Of a stretch of DNA of 64,000 bases, positions 11,313 through 19,190 are shown in pieces. The translations under genes and the position numbers were made by a program. Where the stretch lies: the NCBI GenBank assembly GCA_045642465.1, contig JAZUIY010000017.1, forward strand, positions 9,165 through 73,164, in the 5' to 3' direction. How positions within the stretch are numbered: position 1 is the stretch's first letter; the number at the start of each line of letters is the position of its first letter. Below the pieces are notes generated by a model. It did not search any database, had not been told where the DNA came from, and saw nothing but the letters and a program-made list of their open reading frames with translations. Source of the DNA: Acutalibacteraceae bacterium (GTDB lineage: Bacteria > Bacillota > Clostridia > Oscillospirales > Acutalibacteraceae).

Positions 11313-11336
11313 AATGTCGCTGTGAAACAGCACATG

Positions 11337-11413
11337 CGCTAGTAGCTCAGCTGGATAGAGTGTCTGACTACGAATCAGAAGGTCGGGGGTTCGAGTCCCT
11401 CCTGGCGCGCCAA
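11337..11413 (+). tRNA. tRNA-Arg (anticodon ACG), CCA encoded
   Basis: Manual cloverleaf: acceptor GCGCTAG/CTGGCGC, D-arm GCTC..GAGT, anticodon stem TCTGA/TCAGA with loop CTACGAA, T-arm GGGGG TTCGAGT CCCTC, discriminator G plus CCA. Confidence 0.95.
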
Positions 11414-11417
11414 ATAA

Positions 11418-11456
11418 GGTAGTAGATTTTGCTAGAAAGTCTACTACCTTTTTTCT
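11418..11456 (+). terminator. intrinsic terminator after tRNA-Arg
   Basis: 10-bp stem AGGTAGTAGA/TCTACTACCT (11418-11427 / 11441-11450) followed by TTTTT. Confidence 0.75.
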
Positions 11457-11493
11457 ATGCAAAACCGAGAAAAGTAGTTTCTAGGAGGAAAAT

Positions 11494-11856
11494 ATGTTAT
11501 TGAAATGTATTGCAGTCGGTTTTGGAGGGTTTATTGGGTCCATAGCCAGATATCTTATTTCTAAAGTGGAATTGCAACATGGTGGGAAATTCCCAATAAA
11601 CACTCTCATTGTAAATATAGTAGGAGCTGTGTTAATTGGCTATATTATTAGCAGTGCTAAGAACAGTGGAATGAGCGAAGAAAAACTATTGTTTTTAAAA
11701 GTTGGACTATGTGGTGGTTTAACAACATTCTCAACATTTTCCGTTGAGACTTTGGGCTATATTCAATCCGGCAATGTTCTGATGGGTATAGCATATTCAG
11801 CGGTTTCAGTAGTGCTTTGTGTATTGGGCGTTATGATTGGATTAAAACTAGCATAA
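11494..11856 (+). CDS. crcB: fluoride ion channel CrcB/FluC
   Basis: 120 aa, 4 TM, GGFIGSIARY and GLCGGLTTFSTF motifs. AGGAGG RBS. GC about 36-38% in two sampled 60-nt windows, versus about 47-52% in a neighbouring gene. Confidence 0.9.
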   Translation: MLLKCIAVGFGGFIGSIARYLISKVELQHGGKFPINTLIVNIVGAVLIGYIISSAKNSGMSEEKLLFLKVGLCGGLTTFSTFSVETLGYIQSGNVLMGIAYSAVSVVLCVLGVMIGLKLA

Positions 11857-11959
11857 AATGTCTTTTGACGATTGGAGTAGCAAACCGGAGCATGGTCTTG
11901 CACACGCGCCTCGTTTTTGTTACTATTTTCTTGTTATTGAATACCACGTTTTTTAGTTC

Positions 11960-12120
11960 TGCTTTACGCAGCTAAGAGGGAAACAGGTGAAAAACCTGTG
12001 CGGTCCCGCCACTGTAACGGAAGAGTATCAGACGAATATGTCACTGGCCTCGGCTGGGAAGACGGTCTGATATGTTGACACCGGAGCCAGGAGACCTGCT
12101 AAAAGGCGGTATGCTTGTTA
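11960..12120 (+). promoter_or_regulatory. cobalamin (B12) riboswitch aptamer
   Basis: AGAGGGAAACAGGTGAAAAACCTGTGCGGTCCCGCCACTGTAA core and B12 box AGCCAGGAGACCTGC at 12085-12099. Boundaries are approximate. Confidence 0.85.
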
Positions 12121-12167
12121 TGTCTACGGTGAATAGACAGAGTATACAGAGTTTGTCGTTACAAAAA

Positions 12168-12206
12168 ACGGGCTGTAACGTTTGGCGGCGTTACCGGCCC
12201 TTTTTC
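12168..12206 (+). terminator. riboswitch expression-platform terminator (with competing upstream hairpin)
   Basis: Stem 12170-12180/12189-12200 (11 bp, one bulge) followed by TTTTT. CGTTACA (12158-12164) can alternatively pair with TGTAACG (12174-12180). Confidence 0.7.
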
Positions 12207-12263
12207 TATTTTCGGCAAACTCAAATTGCGTCAAAAAATCTTTGTCGAAAGGGGTTTTATTCC

Positions 12264-12800
12264 ATGGAAAACCTGGAACCTGTTTACAAGCAGAAACGTA
12301 TTCGTAACATCCTCCTCATGGTACTGTCCGTTCTTGTACTGTTTAGTTCAGCGTGCGGAACGGGAACAAACCGGCAGGATAATACCGTCAATTCTGCTGA
12401 CAAGAACGGCTCCAGTACTACCCCTATTACCGTTACCGTGTCCATTACTTGTGACTGGCTTTTGGACCATTTGGATCAGACCCCGGACGGGGTGGAACAA
12501 CGGATTCCAAAAGATGGGGTTCTGCTGGCACCGGTAACCGTGACTGTTCCTGCCGGAAGCAATGCGTTTGACGTATTGGATCAGGTTTGTAAAGAAAAGA
12601 ATCTGCCGGTTGACCGGGTGAAAAAAGCCATGGGCACTTATGTTCGGGCCATTGGGGCCATTTACGAACGGTATGCAGGGGATGCCAGTGGCTGGAAATA
12701 TCAAGTGAACGGAGTGCTCCCAAACATTGCCAGCAGTGCTTATATCCTGCAAGACGGAGACGAAATCATCTGGTTATATACCACGGAAGCCGGGAACTAG
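12264..12800 (+). CDS. DUF4430 (transcobalamin-like C-terminal/beta domain) lipoprotein
   Basis: Start at ATG 12264, downstream of the riboswitch terminator; the track start 12072 runs through the aptamer. Signal peptide with lipobox-like FSSAC. C-terminal GWKYQVNG...YILQDGDEIIWLY matches the DUF4430 pattern. Confidence 0.8.
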   Translation: MENLEPVYKQKRIRNILLMVLSVLVLFSSACGTGTNRQDNTVNSADKNGSSTTPITVTVSITCDWLLDHLDQTPDGVEQRIPKDGVLLAPVTVTVPAGSNAFDVLDQVCKEKNLPVDRVKKAMGTYVRAIGAIYERYAGDASGWKYQVNGVLPNIASSAYILQDGDEIIWLYTTEAGN

Positions 12801-12809
12801 GAGATACTT

Positions 12810-13889
12810 ATGAATTTATGGAAAAAGTGCATCGCCCTCATAATGGCCTTGGTTTTGATGCTGGCTTTGCTGCCGACCACGGCCTTTGCGGAGAGTGGAA
12901 AATATAAAAACGCAGAAGACTACCTGTATGGTTTGCTGCAAGATGCCCCAAGTCTTGGGTCCGAATATTACCTTTTGACCTTGCTTCGGGCCGGCTACCC
13001 AATCCATCAGGATGTGCTGGATGCCTACGAAGCCTCCGTAAAACAGGATGGCTTAAATGAAGGCTTTAACCCCTCTTTGGTTATGACATTGACTGCCTTA
13101 GGAGAGGACGCTTCCAACTTTGACAACGTTAATTACCTGAGCAAACTGGGGTCTTTGGAAGAACTGAAAAACCACTTTGTAACGGAAGAAGCCTATGGCT
13201 TAATGGCTGTAGATTGCGGAAATTATTGGGACAAAGTGGACTTTACCTCGGAAGATTTGGTTTCCGATTTGCTGGCTCACCAGCTGCCGGATGGAGGCTG
13301 GGGTTATGAGTCCGATGGGAAATTGACCTTTGATGTTGACTCAACGGCAATGGTTATCCAAGCATTGGCACCGTACAAGAATCAGGAAAAGGTAAAGGAC
13401 GCCATTGAAAAGGGCTTCAACCAACTTTCCCAGGCCCAAGAGGCCGGTGGCGGATATGTTGCATGGGGTGAAGAAAACGCCGCAACCACCGCCCAGGTTA
13501 TGGTGGCTCTTTGCAGCGTGGGCGTGAATCCGGCAAAGGACAAGCGCTTTGTGAAAAACGGCAAAACCTTAGGGGACGCCATGATGAAATCATACATTCC
13601 AAATGGCGGATTTTCCGTGGCCCCGGGAGGGGAAGCCAATGCGTATGCAGCCTATGAATGCCTCACCGCCTTGGTGGCCTGTGACCGCTTGAACAGTGGA
13701 AAAACATCCTTCTTCGACATGAGCGATTCAGCTGTGGTCCTTGCAAAGGGTACTTCCATTTCCACAGATACGGTTCAGAAAGCCAAAACACGGCAGCTTC
13801 TGATTCTGGCTGTAGTGTGGATTGTGGGTATTGTATTTGTGATTCTATCTAACAAAAGACATAAGAAAGCAAAGAGCAAACTATCCTAA
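12810..13889 (+). CDS. secreted prenyltransferase/terpenoid-cyclase-like (alpha/alpha toroid) repeat protein with C-terminal TM anchor
   Basis: Signal peptide ending TTAFA/ES. Repeated aromatic-Gly motifs QLPDGGWGY, EAGGGYVAWG and IPNGGFSV. C-terminal hydrophobic helix LLILAVVWIVGIVFVIL followed by KRHKKAKSK. AGGAG RBS 7 nt upstream. Confidence 0.7.
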   Translation: MNLWKKCIALIMALVLMLALLPTTAFAESGKYKNAEDYLYGLLQDAPSLGSEYYLLTLLRAGYPIHQDVLDAYEASVKQDGLNEGFNPSLVMTLTALGEDASNFDNVNYLSKLGSLEELKNHFVTEEAYGLMAVDCGNYWDKVDFTSEDLVSDLLAHQLPDGGWGYESDGKLTFDVDSTAMVIQALAPYKNQEKVKDAIEKGFNQLSQAQEAGGGYVAWGEENAATTAQVMVALCSVGVNPAKDKRFVKNGKTLGDAMMKSYIPNGGFSVAPGGEANAYAAYECLTALVACDRLNSGKTSFFDMSDSAVVLAKGTSISTDTVQKAKTRQLLILAVVWIVGIVFVILSNKRHKKAKSKLS

Positions 13890-13895
13890 AAATAA

Positions 13896-13928
13896 ACGCC
13901 TCGTGCAATTGCACGGGGCGCTATTTTA
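13896..13928 (+). terminator. intrinsic terminator ending the B12-regulated cassette
   Basis: 10-bp stem 13897-13906/13911-13920 (CGCCTCGTGC/GCACGGGGCG, one G-U pair) followed by CTATTTTA. Confidence 0.65.
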
Positions 13929-13992
13929 TGCGATAATATTCGGGAATAGGTATTTTTATTCGCATCTTATTTTTGTGGAGGAAAAAAGGCGT

Positions 13993-14682
13993 ATGGCTAT
14001 TGGAAAAATTTTAGTCGTAGACGATGATTTAAACATCTGTGAATTATTGCGTCTTTATATGGAAAAGGACGGATACACTGTTGCCGTTGCCAACGACGGG
14101 GAACAGGCTGTATCTACATTTCGTCAGTTCAATCCGGACCTGGTAATGCTGGATATTATGCTGCCGAAAAAGGATGGCTGGGAAGTATGCCGGGATATCC
14201 GCCGCACTTCCGACACCCCAATCATTATGCTGACTGCCAAGGGCGAAACCTTTGACAAGGTTTTGGGCCTGGAACTGGGAGCAGATGACTATGTGGTAAA
14301 GCCATTTGACACCAAGGAAATCATGGCTCGTGTGAAGGCCGTTCTCCGTCGGACCACTCCGACTCCGGAAGAACAGTTGAAAGAAGTACGCTATGACAAC
14401 CTGGTCATTAACTTAACCAACTATGAAATGCGGGTTAAGGGCAACTATATCAGCACCCCACCAAAGGAATTGGAACTGATTTACCATCTGGCCAGCAATC
14501 CAAACCGTGTTTATACCAGAGACCAGTTACTGGACGAAGTATGGGGCTTTGACTACTATGGCGACTCCCGTACCGTTGACGTTCACGTAAAACGTCTCCG
14601 TGAAAAACTGGAAGGTGTTTCCACAAAGTGGGCACTGAAAACTGTTTGGGGCGTAGGCTACAAATTCGAGACTTTGGATTAA
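13993..14682 (+). CDS. OmpR-family response regulator
   Basis: Receiver domain (VVDDD, MLDIMLP, KPF) plus winged-helix output (TVWGVGYKF). Start at ATG 13993 with GGAGG upstream; the track start 13903 overlaps the terminator. Confidence 0.9.
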   Translation: MAIGKILVVDDDLNICELLRLYMEKDGYTVAVANDGEQAVSTFRQFNPDLVMLDIMLPKKDGWEVCRDIRRTSDTPIIMLTAKGETFDKVLGLELGADDYVVKPFDTKEIMARVKAVLRRTTPTPEEQLKEVRYDNLVINLTNYEMRVKGNYISTPPKELELIYHLASNPNRVYTRDQLLDEVWGFDYYGDSRTVDVHVKRLREKLEGVSTKWALKTVWGVGYKFETLD

Positions 14683-14688
14683 CGGATT

Positions 14689-16215
14689 ATGGAAGACGTT
14701 ACCAAAAAGAAGAAACCGAGCAAACGAAAAAAGAGCAATTCCCTTTTCCGTAGATACTTCCGGTTTACCATCGGTATGGTTACGGTCGTACTGTTGGTCC
14801 TCTTCGTGTTATTCTCTTTGTTCCTTTCACGAAACTGGATCTTTGACCGTGAAAATACCCTGGCAGCCAATGTAGTGTCCATTACCAATACGCTGGAATC
14901 CATTTCTGAAGATGCCTTAAAGGGCGGAGATGTATTCGAAAACGTAAAGCTGATTGGTAACATGCTCTACTTACAATCTGACTCCACAAGTGCGGATATT
15001 TTCGTATTAGATTCCAACGGGAAAATGTTGTTCTGTAAAGAAATGATGGATGAGGACATGAACGTTCGGAAGAAGACCGTTTGTGCCACCCATACCAATT
15101 TCTCTGTGCCGGAAGATGTTTTGTTAAAGGCACAAAAATCGGTATACCAAGACATTGTTTCCGTTCCGAGCATTTCTCCGGACAAACAAATTCTGGTAGG
15201 GAATGCCATTCATATTAATCACCAAGTGGTGGGCTATATTTTTGCAGATATGGACTACAACAGCTTCCTGATGAACTATCTTCTGCAAAACTCCAGACTG
15301 TTCTTTGGGGCCGCCGTTATTGCGCTGATGCTGGTAGCCTTTTTAAGTTATCTGAATACCTACCGTTTAATTCAGCCATTAGAGGAAATGTCCCGTTTGA
15401 CCAAGATGTACGCAAAGGGTGACTTCTCGGAACGAATCCATTTACGGAGCCGGGACGAATTGGCCACCTTGGCAGAATCTCTCAACGAAATGGCGGATGC
15501 GCTTTCTATTTTGGACGAATCCCGACGAAGTTTCGTCTCCAACGTATCCCATGAGTTGAAGACCCCAATGACCACCATTTCCGGATTTGTAGATGGTATT
15601 TTGGACGGTACCATTCCACCGGAAAAACAGCGGAAATACCTAAAAATTGTATCCAAGGATGTCAAACGACTGGCAAAATTGGTTGTTACCATGCTTTCTT
15701 TATCTAAAATTGAGGCTGGTGAAGAAGAATTACATTACACAGAAGTGGATATGAACCAAATGCTGTTCGATGCCCTTCTGAACTTTGAAACTGCCATTGA
15801 ACGAAACGAGTATCAAATTAAGGGGTTTGATTCTATGCCAAGCGTTCATGTTATGGCAGATGAAGACCTGTTGTTCCAGGTACTTTATAACTTGTTTGAC
15901 AACGCGGTGAAATTCACCAATCCGGGTGGCACCATTCGCGTGAAAATGCGGGCTGACGAGGCCCACGTAACCGTTCAGATTTCCAATACCGGTACCGGTA
16001 TTCCGGAAGACGAACTCAAACGTGTTTTCGAGCGCTTCTACAAAATGGACAAGTCCAGAAGTGAACATGTTAAAGGCGTAGGCCTGGGCCTGAATTTGGT
16101 AAAGAGTATTGTTGAATACCACGGTGGTGAAGTCAATGCTGCCAGCATGCCAAATAAGGTGACTGCATTTAGCTTCTGGATTCCAAATCGTCCAGATCAA
16201 ACCTTAACGGAGTGA
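14689..16215 (+). CDS. sensor histidine kinase (2 TM, HAMP, HisKA, HATPase_c)
   Basis: H-box SHELKTP, N-box NLFDNAVKF, G-boxes GTGIP and GVGLGL. Confidence 0.9.
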   Translation: MEDVTKKKKPSKRKKSNSLFRRYFRFTIGMVTVVLLVLFVLFSLFLSRNWIFDRENTLAANVVSITNTLESISEDALKGGDVFENVKLIGNMLYLQSDSTSADIFVLDSNGKMLFCKEMMDEDMNVRKKTVCATHTNFSVPEDVLLKAQKSVYQDIVSVPSISPDKQILVGNAIHINHQVVGYIFADMDYNSFLMNYLLQNSRLFFGAAVIALMLVAFLSYLNTYRLIQPLEEMSRLTKMYAKGDFSERIHLRSRDELATLAESLNEMADALSILDESRRSFVSNVSHELKTPMTTISGFVDGILDGTIPPEKQRKYLKIVSKDVKRLAKLVVTMLSLSKIEAGEEELHYTEVDMNQMLFDALLNFETAIERNEYQIKGFDSMPSVHVMADEDLLFQVLYNLFDNAVKFTNPGGTIRVKMRADEAHVTVQISNTGTGIPEDELKRVFERFYKMDKSRSEHVKGVGLGLNLVKSIVEYHGGEVNAASMPNKVTAFSFWIPNRPDQTLTE

Positions 16216-16221
16216 TAATGC

Positions 16222-17370
16222 ATGGAAACGGAACAAAAGAAAACTGGAAAAGTAGTCATTGCTTTATTTGTTGTTTTATTGGCTGTGGCCATTGGCCTTT
16301 CCATTTGGAACATCAAGACCACCAAAGCGGAAGATAACAATTCGGATAGTCCGGATAGTTCCTTCTCTATTGGAGAAGCAAAAACCTATTCTTCCTCTGG
16401 CAACGGATCTGCTTTAAGCACCGTGGAAATTGCCAAAAAGGCAAAGCCATATGTGGTAGCTGTTACCACCTATCGGGGTGGACAGTTAGATGGCGAAGGC
16501 TCCGGTATTGTAATGAGTAAGGACCAGGAGAAAAATGTCACTTACATTTTGACCTGCGCCCACATTATTAACCGCAGCAGTTCCAGTTACAAAGTGGAAC
16601 TGGAAGATGGCACCGCCTATGATGCCAAAGTGGTAGGATACGACACCCGTACGGACGTCGGCGTACTTTCCATAAAAGGAGCAGACCTGACACCGGCTGA
16701 ATTTGGGGACTCTTCTGTATTGCAGGTAGGGGAACCGGTTTATGCCATTGGTAATCCGGGCGGAACCCAGTTCTATGGTTCCTTCACTGCCGGCGTTGTC
16801 TCTGCCATTGACCGGCCAACCGCCACTTCGGACGGCGGCTACACCATGGAATGCATCCAACACGATGCTGCCATTAACCCGGGCAACTCCGGTGGGGCAC
16901 TGGTGAACAGTTATGGCCAAGTAATTGGTATGAACTCTTCTAAAATTGCAGATGAAGAGTACGAAGGCATGGGCTTTGCGGTTCCAATCAATGTAGCCAA
17001 AGCCGTAGTAGATGACATCTTGACAGTAGGCCATGTTCAAGACCGGGCCAAACTGGGCATTAGTTATATTTCCGCAGAAGGATATGAAAACTACAGTGCA
17101 GTGCTGCAAAAGAACCAGTTGCCAAACGGATCCATTGTCATTGCAAAAATGGATGCGGACAGCTGCTTGACCGGAACAGGCGCTGAAGTTGGTGACTTGA
17201 TTACTGCTGTAAATGGCAAGGGCTTAGATACCACCAATGTCCTTTTGAAGGTCATTGAAAAGAGCAAGCCGGGAGACAAAATTTCCCTTTCCATTGCCCA
17301 TGTTAATGAGGATGGATCTGTAAAAACATTTGATATTCAAGTGGTTTTAGGGGAAGACACCGGCAACTAA
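16222..17370 (+). CDS. HtrA/DegP-family serine protease with PDZ domain, membrane anchored
   Basis: Catalytic triad contexts TCAHII, D..VL and GNSGGAL. N-terminal TM and C-terminal PDZ. Confidence 0.9.
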   Translation: METEQKKTGKVVIALFVVLLAVAIGLSIWNIKTTKAEDNNSDSPDSSFSIGEAKTYSSSGNGSALSTVEIAKKAKPYVVAVTTYRGGQLDGEGSGIVMSKDQEKNVTYILTCAHIINRSSSSYKVELEDGTAYDAKVVGYDTRTDVGVLSIKGADLTPAEFGDSSVLQVGEPVYAIGNPGGTQFYGSFTAGVVSAIDRPTATSDGGYTMECIQHDAAINPGNSGGALVNSYGQVIGMNSSKIADEEYEGMGFAVPINVAKAVVDDILTVGHVQDRAKLGISYISAEGYENYSAVLQKNQLPNGSIVIAKMDADSCLTGTGAEVGDLITAVNGKGLDTTNVLLKVIEKSKPGDKISLSIAHVNEDGSVKTFDIQVVLGEDTGN

Positions 17371-17382
17371 ATATTCACTAAC

Positions 17383-17418
17383 AAAAGGCAACTCTAAAAA
17401 GAGTTGCCTTTTGCTTAT
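17383..17418 (+). terminator. intrinsic terminator after htrA-like gene
   Basis: Stem AAAGGCAACTCT/AGAGTTGCCTTT followed by a T-rich run. Confidence 0.75.
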
Positions 17419-17446
17419 TTTATGCGTTTTTTGGCCTGCCTGTTTC

Positions 17447-17476
17447 TTGACATTTTGGCCTCTCATTACGTATAAT
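17447..17476 (+). promoter_or_regulatory. near-consensus sigma-70 promoter for rny
   Basis: TTGACA (17447-17452), 18-nt spacer, TATAAT (17471-17476). Confidence 0.6.
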
Positions 17477-17546
17477 ATTTGGGATATTGTGAAAGTTTTT
17501 CTTTTTTTCGAAAAGGATTCATTAATATTAAATTTTGTAAAGGGAG

Positions 17547-19103
17547 GTGTATTGGACTTTGATTACTGCAATTGTAGGAATTGGCTCTTTCATTGTGGGC
17601 GGTGCCATCTTCTTTTTTGTAGGCCAGGAAGTACGCAAGCGTAAGGCTGAAGCTACCATCGGTTCTGCCAATCAGGAAGCAACCCGTATCATCAACCAGG
17701 CGTTGACCACCGCAGAACAGAAGAAGAAAGAAGCCATTTTAGAAGCAAAGGACGAAATACACAAACAGCGTTCTGAAACAGAACGCGACCTCCGCGAACG
17801 CCGTTCGGAAGTACAGCGTCAAGAGCGCCGTATCATCCAGAAGGAAGAAAACCTCGACAAGAAAACCGAGGCTCTGGAAAAGAAGGAAGAAGCTCTTAAC
17901 AACAAATTGAAAGACGCTGACAAGAAAGCCGAAGAAGTTGAAGCTCTTAAGAAGAGCCAATTTGAAATGTTAGAAAAAATTTCCGGTCTTACGGAAGACC
18001 AGGCAAGAACAATCTTGCTGGCTGAAGTGGACGAGAAGTTAGAGCATGCAAAAGCCACTAAGATTTTAGCGTTCAAGGAACAGGTCAGAGAAGAATCTGA
18101 CGAAATTGCCAGACAGGTTGTCAGCATGGCTATTCAGCGCTGTGCTGCAGAACGTACCACCGAAGCAACCGTATCGGTTGTTGCTCTGCCAAATGACGAA
18201 ATGAAGGGTCGACTCATTGGCCGTGAAGGACGAAATATCCGAGCCATTGAAACCGTTACCGGCGTAGACTTAATTATTGACGACACACCGGAAGCCATAA
18301 CGGTTTCCTGTTTCGAACCGGTTCGCCGTGAAATTGCACGTTTGACTTTGGAACGTCTCATTCAGGACGGACGAATTCATCCGGCCCGCATTGAAGAAAT
18401 TTACCAGAAGGCCAAGCGTGAAGTAGAACAAGGCATTAAGCAGACCGGGGAACGGGCTGTATTGGATGCCGGTGTTACCGGAATTCATCCGGAACTGGTA
18501 AAACTCTTAGGCCGTTTGAAGTACCGTACTAGCTACGGTCAGAACGTACTGGATCATTCCTTAGAAGTATCTTACATTGCCGGCCTGTTGGCTGCTGAAG
18601 TCGGCGCCGACATTAAGAAAGCCAAGCGCGCAGGTTTGCTGCACGACGTTGGTAAGGCCTTAGACCATGAATTCGAAGGAACTCATGTTCAACTGGGTGT
18701 AGATGCTACTAAGAAGTACAAAGAAAACGAAGCAATTGTTCATGCCATTGCGGCTCACCACAATGACATTGAAGCCAAGTCCACCATTGCTTTCTTAGTA
18801 CAGGCTGCCGACGCCATTTCCGCAGCGCGTCCTGGTGCCCGCCGTGAAAACTTAGAGAATTACATTAAGCGTCTGGAAAAACTGGAAGAAATTGCTGATT
18901 CCTTTGACGGAGTAGACGGCTGCTACGCCATTCAGGCCGGCCGTGAAATCCGCATTATGGTAAAACCGGAAAAGGTTTCTGATGACCAGATGGTAATTAT
19001 GGCTCATGAAATTGCAGAACGGATTGAAAACGAACTGGAATATCCTGGCCAGATCAAAGTACATGTGGTTCGCGAAAGCCGCGTTATGGACTACGCTAAG
19101 TAA
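17547..19103 (+). CDS. rny: ribonuclease Y
   Basis: N-terminal TM, coiled-coil, KH ([11 protein letters not shown]) and HD (LLHDVGKA) domains. The track GTG 17547 lies inside the RBS AGGGAGG; TTG 17559 is a plausible true start. Confidence 0.9.
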   Translation: MYWTLITAIVGIGSFIVGGAIFFFVGQEVRKRKAEATIGSANQEATRIINQALTTAEQKKKEAILEAKDEIHKQRSETERDLRERRSEVQRQERRIIQKEENLDKKTEALEKKEEALNNKLKDADKKAEEVEALKKSQFEMLEKISGLTEDQARTILLAEVDEKLEHAKATKILAFKEQVREESDEIARQVVSMAIQRCAAERTTEATVSVVALPNDEMKGRLIGREGRNIRAIETVTGVDLIIDDTPEAITVSCFEPVRREIARLTLERLIQDGRIHPARIEEIYQKAKREVEQGIKQTGERAVLDAGVTGIHPELVKLLGRLKYRTSYGQNVLDHSLEVSYIAGLLAAEVGADIKKAKRAGLLHDVGKALDHEFEGTHVQLGVDATKKYKENEAIVHAIAAHHNDIEAKSTIAFLVQAADAISAARPGARRENLENYIKRLEKLEEIADSFDGVDGCYAIQAGREIRIMVKPEKVSDDQMVIMAHEIAERIENELEYPGQIKVHVVRESRVMDYAK

Positions 19104-19112
19104 GAAAAACAA

Positions 19113-19158
19113 GGGGGACTTATCCGGTGCGAAACCGTACCGGATGAAGTCCCTTTTA
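19113..19158 (+). terminator. strong hairpin plus T-run between rny and ymdB (terminator/attenuator)
   Basis: 14-bp stem with one bulge (19115-19128 / 19139-19153) followed by TTTT. Confidence 0.6.
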
Positions 19159-19190
19159 TCCATATTATCCCAAAGAAAGGAAGGCTACTT

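Noticed and set aside
10928-11336. Identity of the structured region as RNase P RNA, SRP/4.5S RNA, tmRNA, a T-box or a riboswitch
   Set aside because: It lacks the hallmark blocks I know: the GGAAAGTCCGG/ACAGAAA blocks of RNase P, the GGAAGCAGCCA-type SRP domain IV, a tmRNA tag ORF with a tRNA-like end, and the T-box AGAGA/GNTGGNA motifs. No downstream CDS is positioned to be regulated, because a tRNA with its own promoter follows. The region remains unclassified.
11277-11462. 61-aa minus-strand ORF
   Set aside because: It overlaps tRNA-Arg and its terminator. The translation simply reflects the tRNA sequence.
11414-11493. Expected fluoride (crcB-motif) riboswitch upstream of crcB
   Set aside because: The gap is only about 80 nt and half of it is the tRNA terminator. 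I see no GATGG...CCGCC...GATGA-type conserved blocks. A cmscan with RF01734 would confirm the absence.
11858-11959. 33-codon ORF (MSFDDWSSKPEH...) starting 2 nt after the crcB stop
   Set aside because: It has no RBS and no recognisable similarity to a second CrcB subunit. It lies in the promoter and leader region of the B12 riboswitch.
12072-12263. N-terminal 64 codons of the track ORF 12072-12800
   Set aside because: This stretch runs through the cobalamin riboswitch aptamer and its terminator. The internal ATG 12264 has an RBS and begins a proper lipoprotein signal peptide.
13780-13889. Possible sortase sorting signal at the C-terminus of the toroid-repeat protein (TM helix plus basic tail)
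   Set aside because: There is no LPxTG, NPxTN or SPKTG-like motif in the 30 residues before the hydrophobic helix (sequence DTVQKAKTRQ). It is treated as a plain C-terminal membrane anchor.
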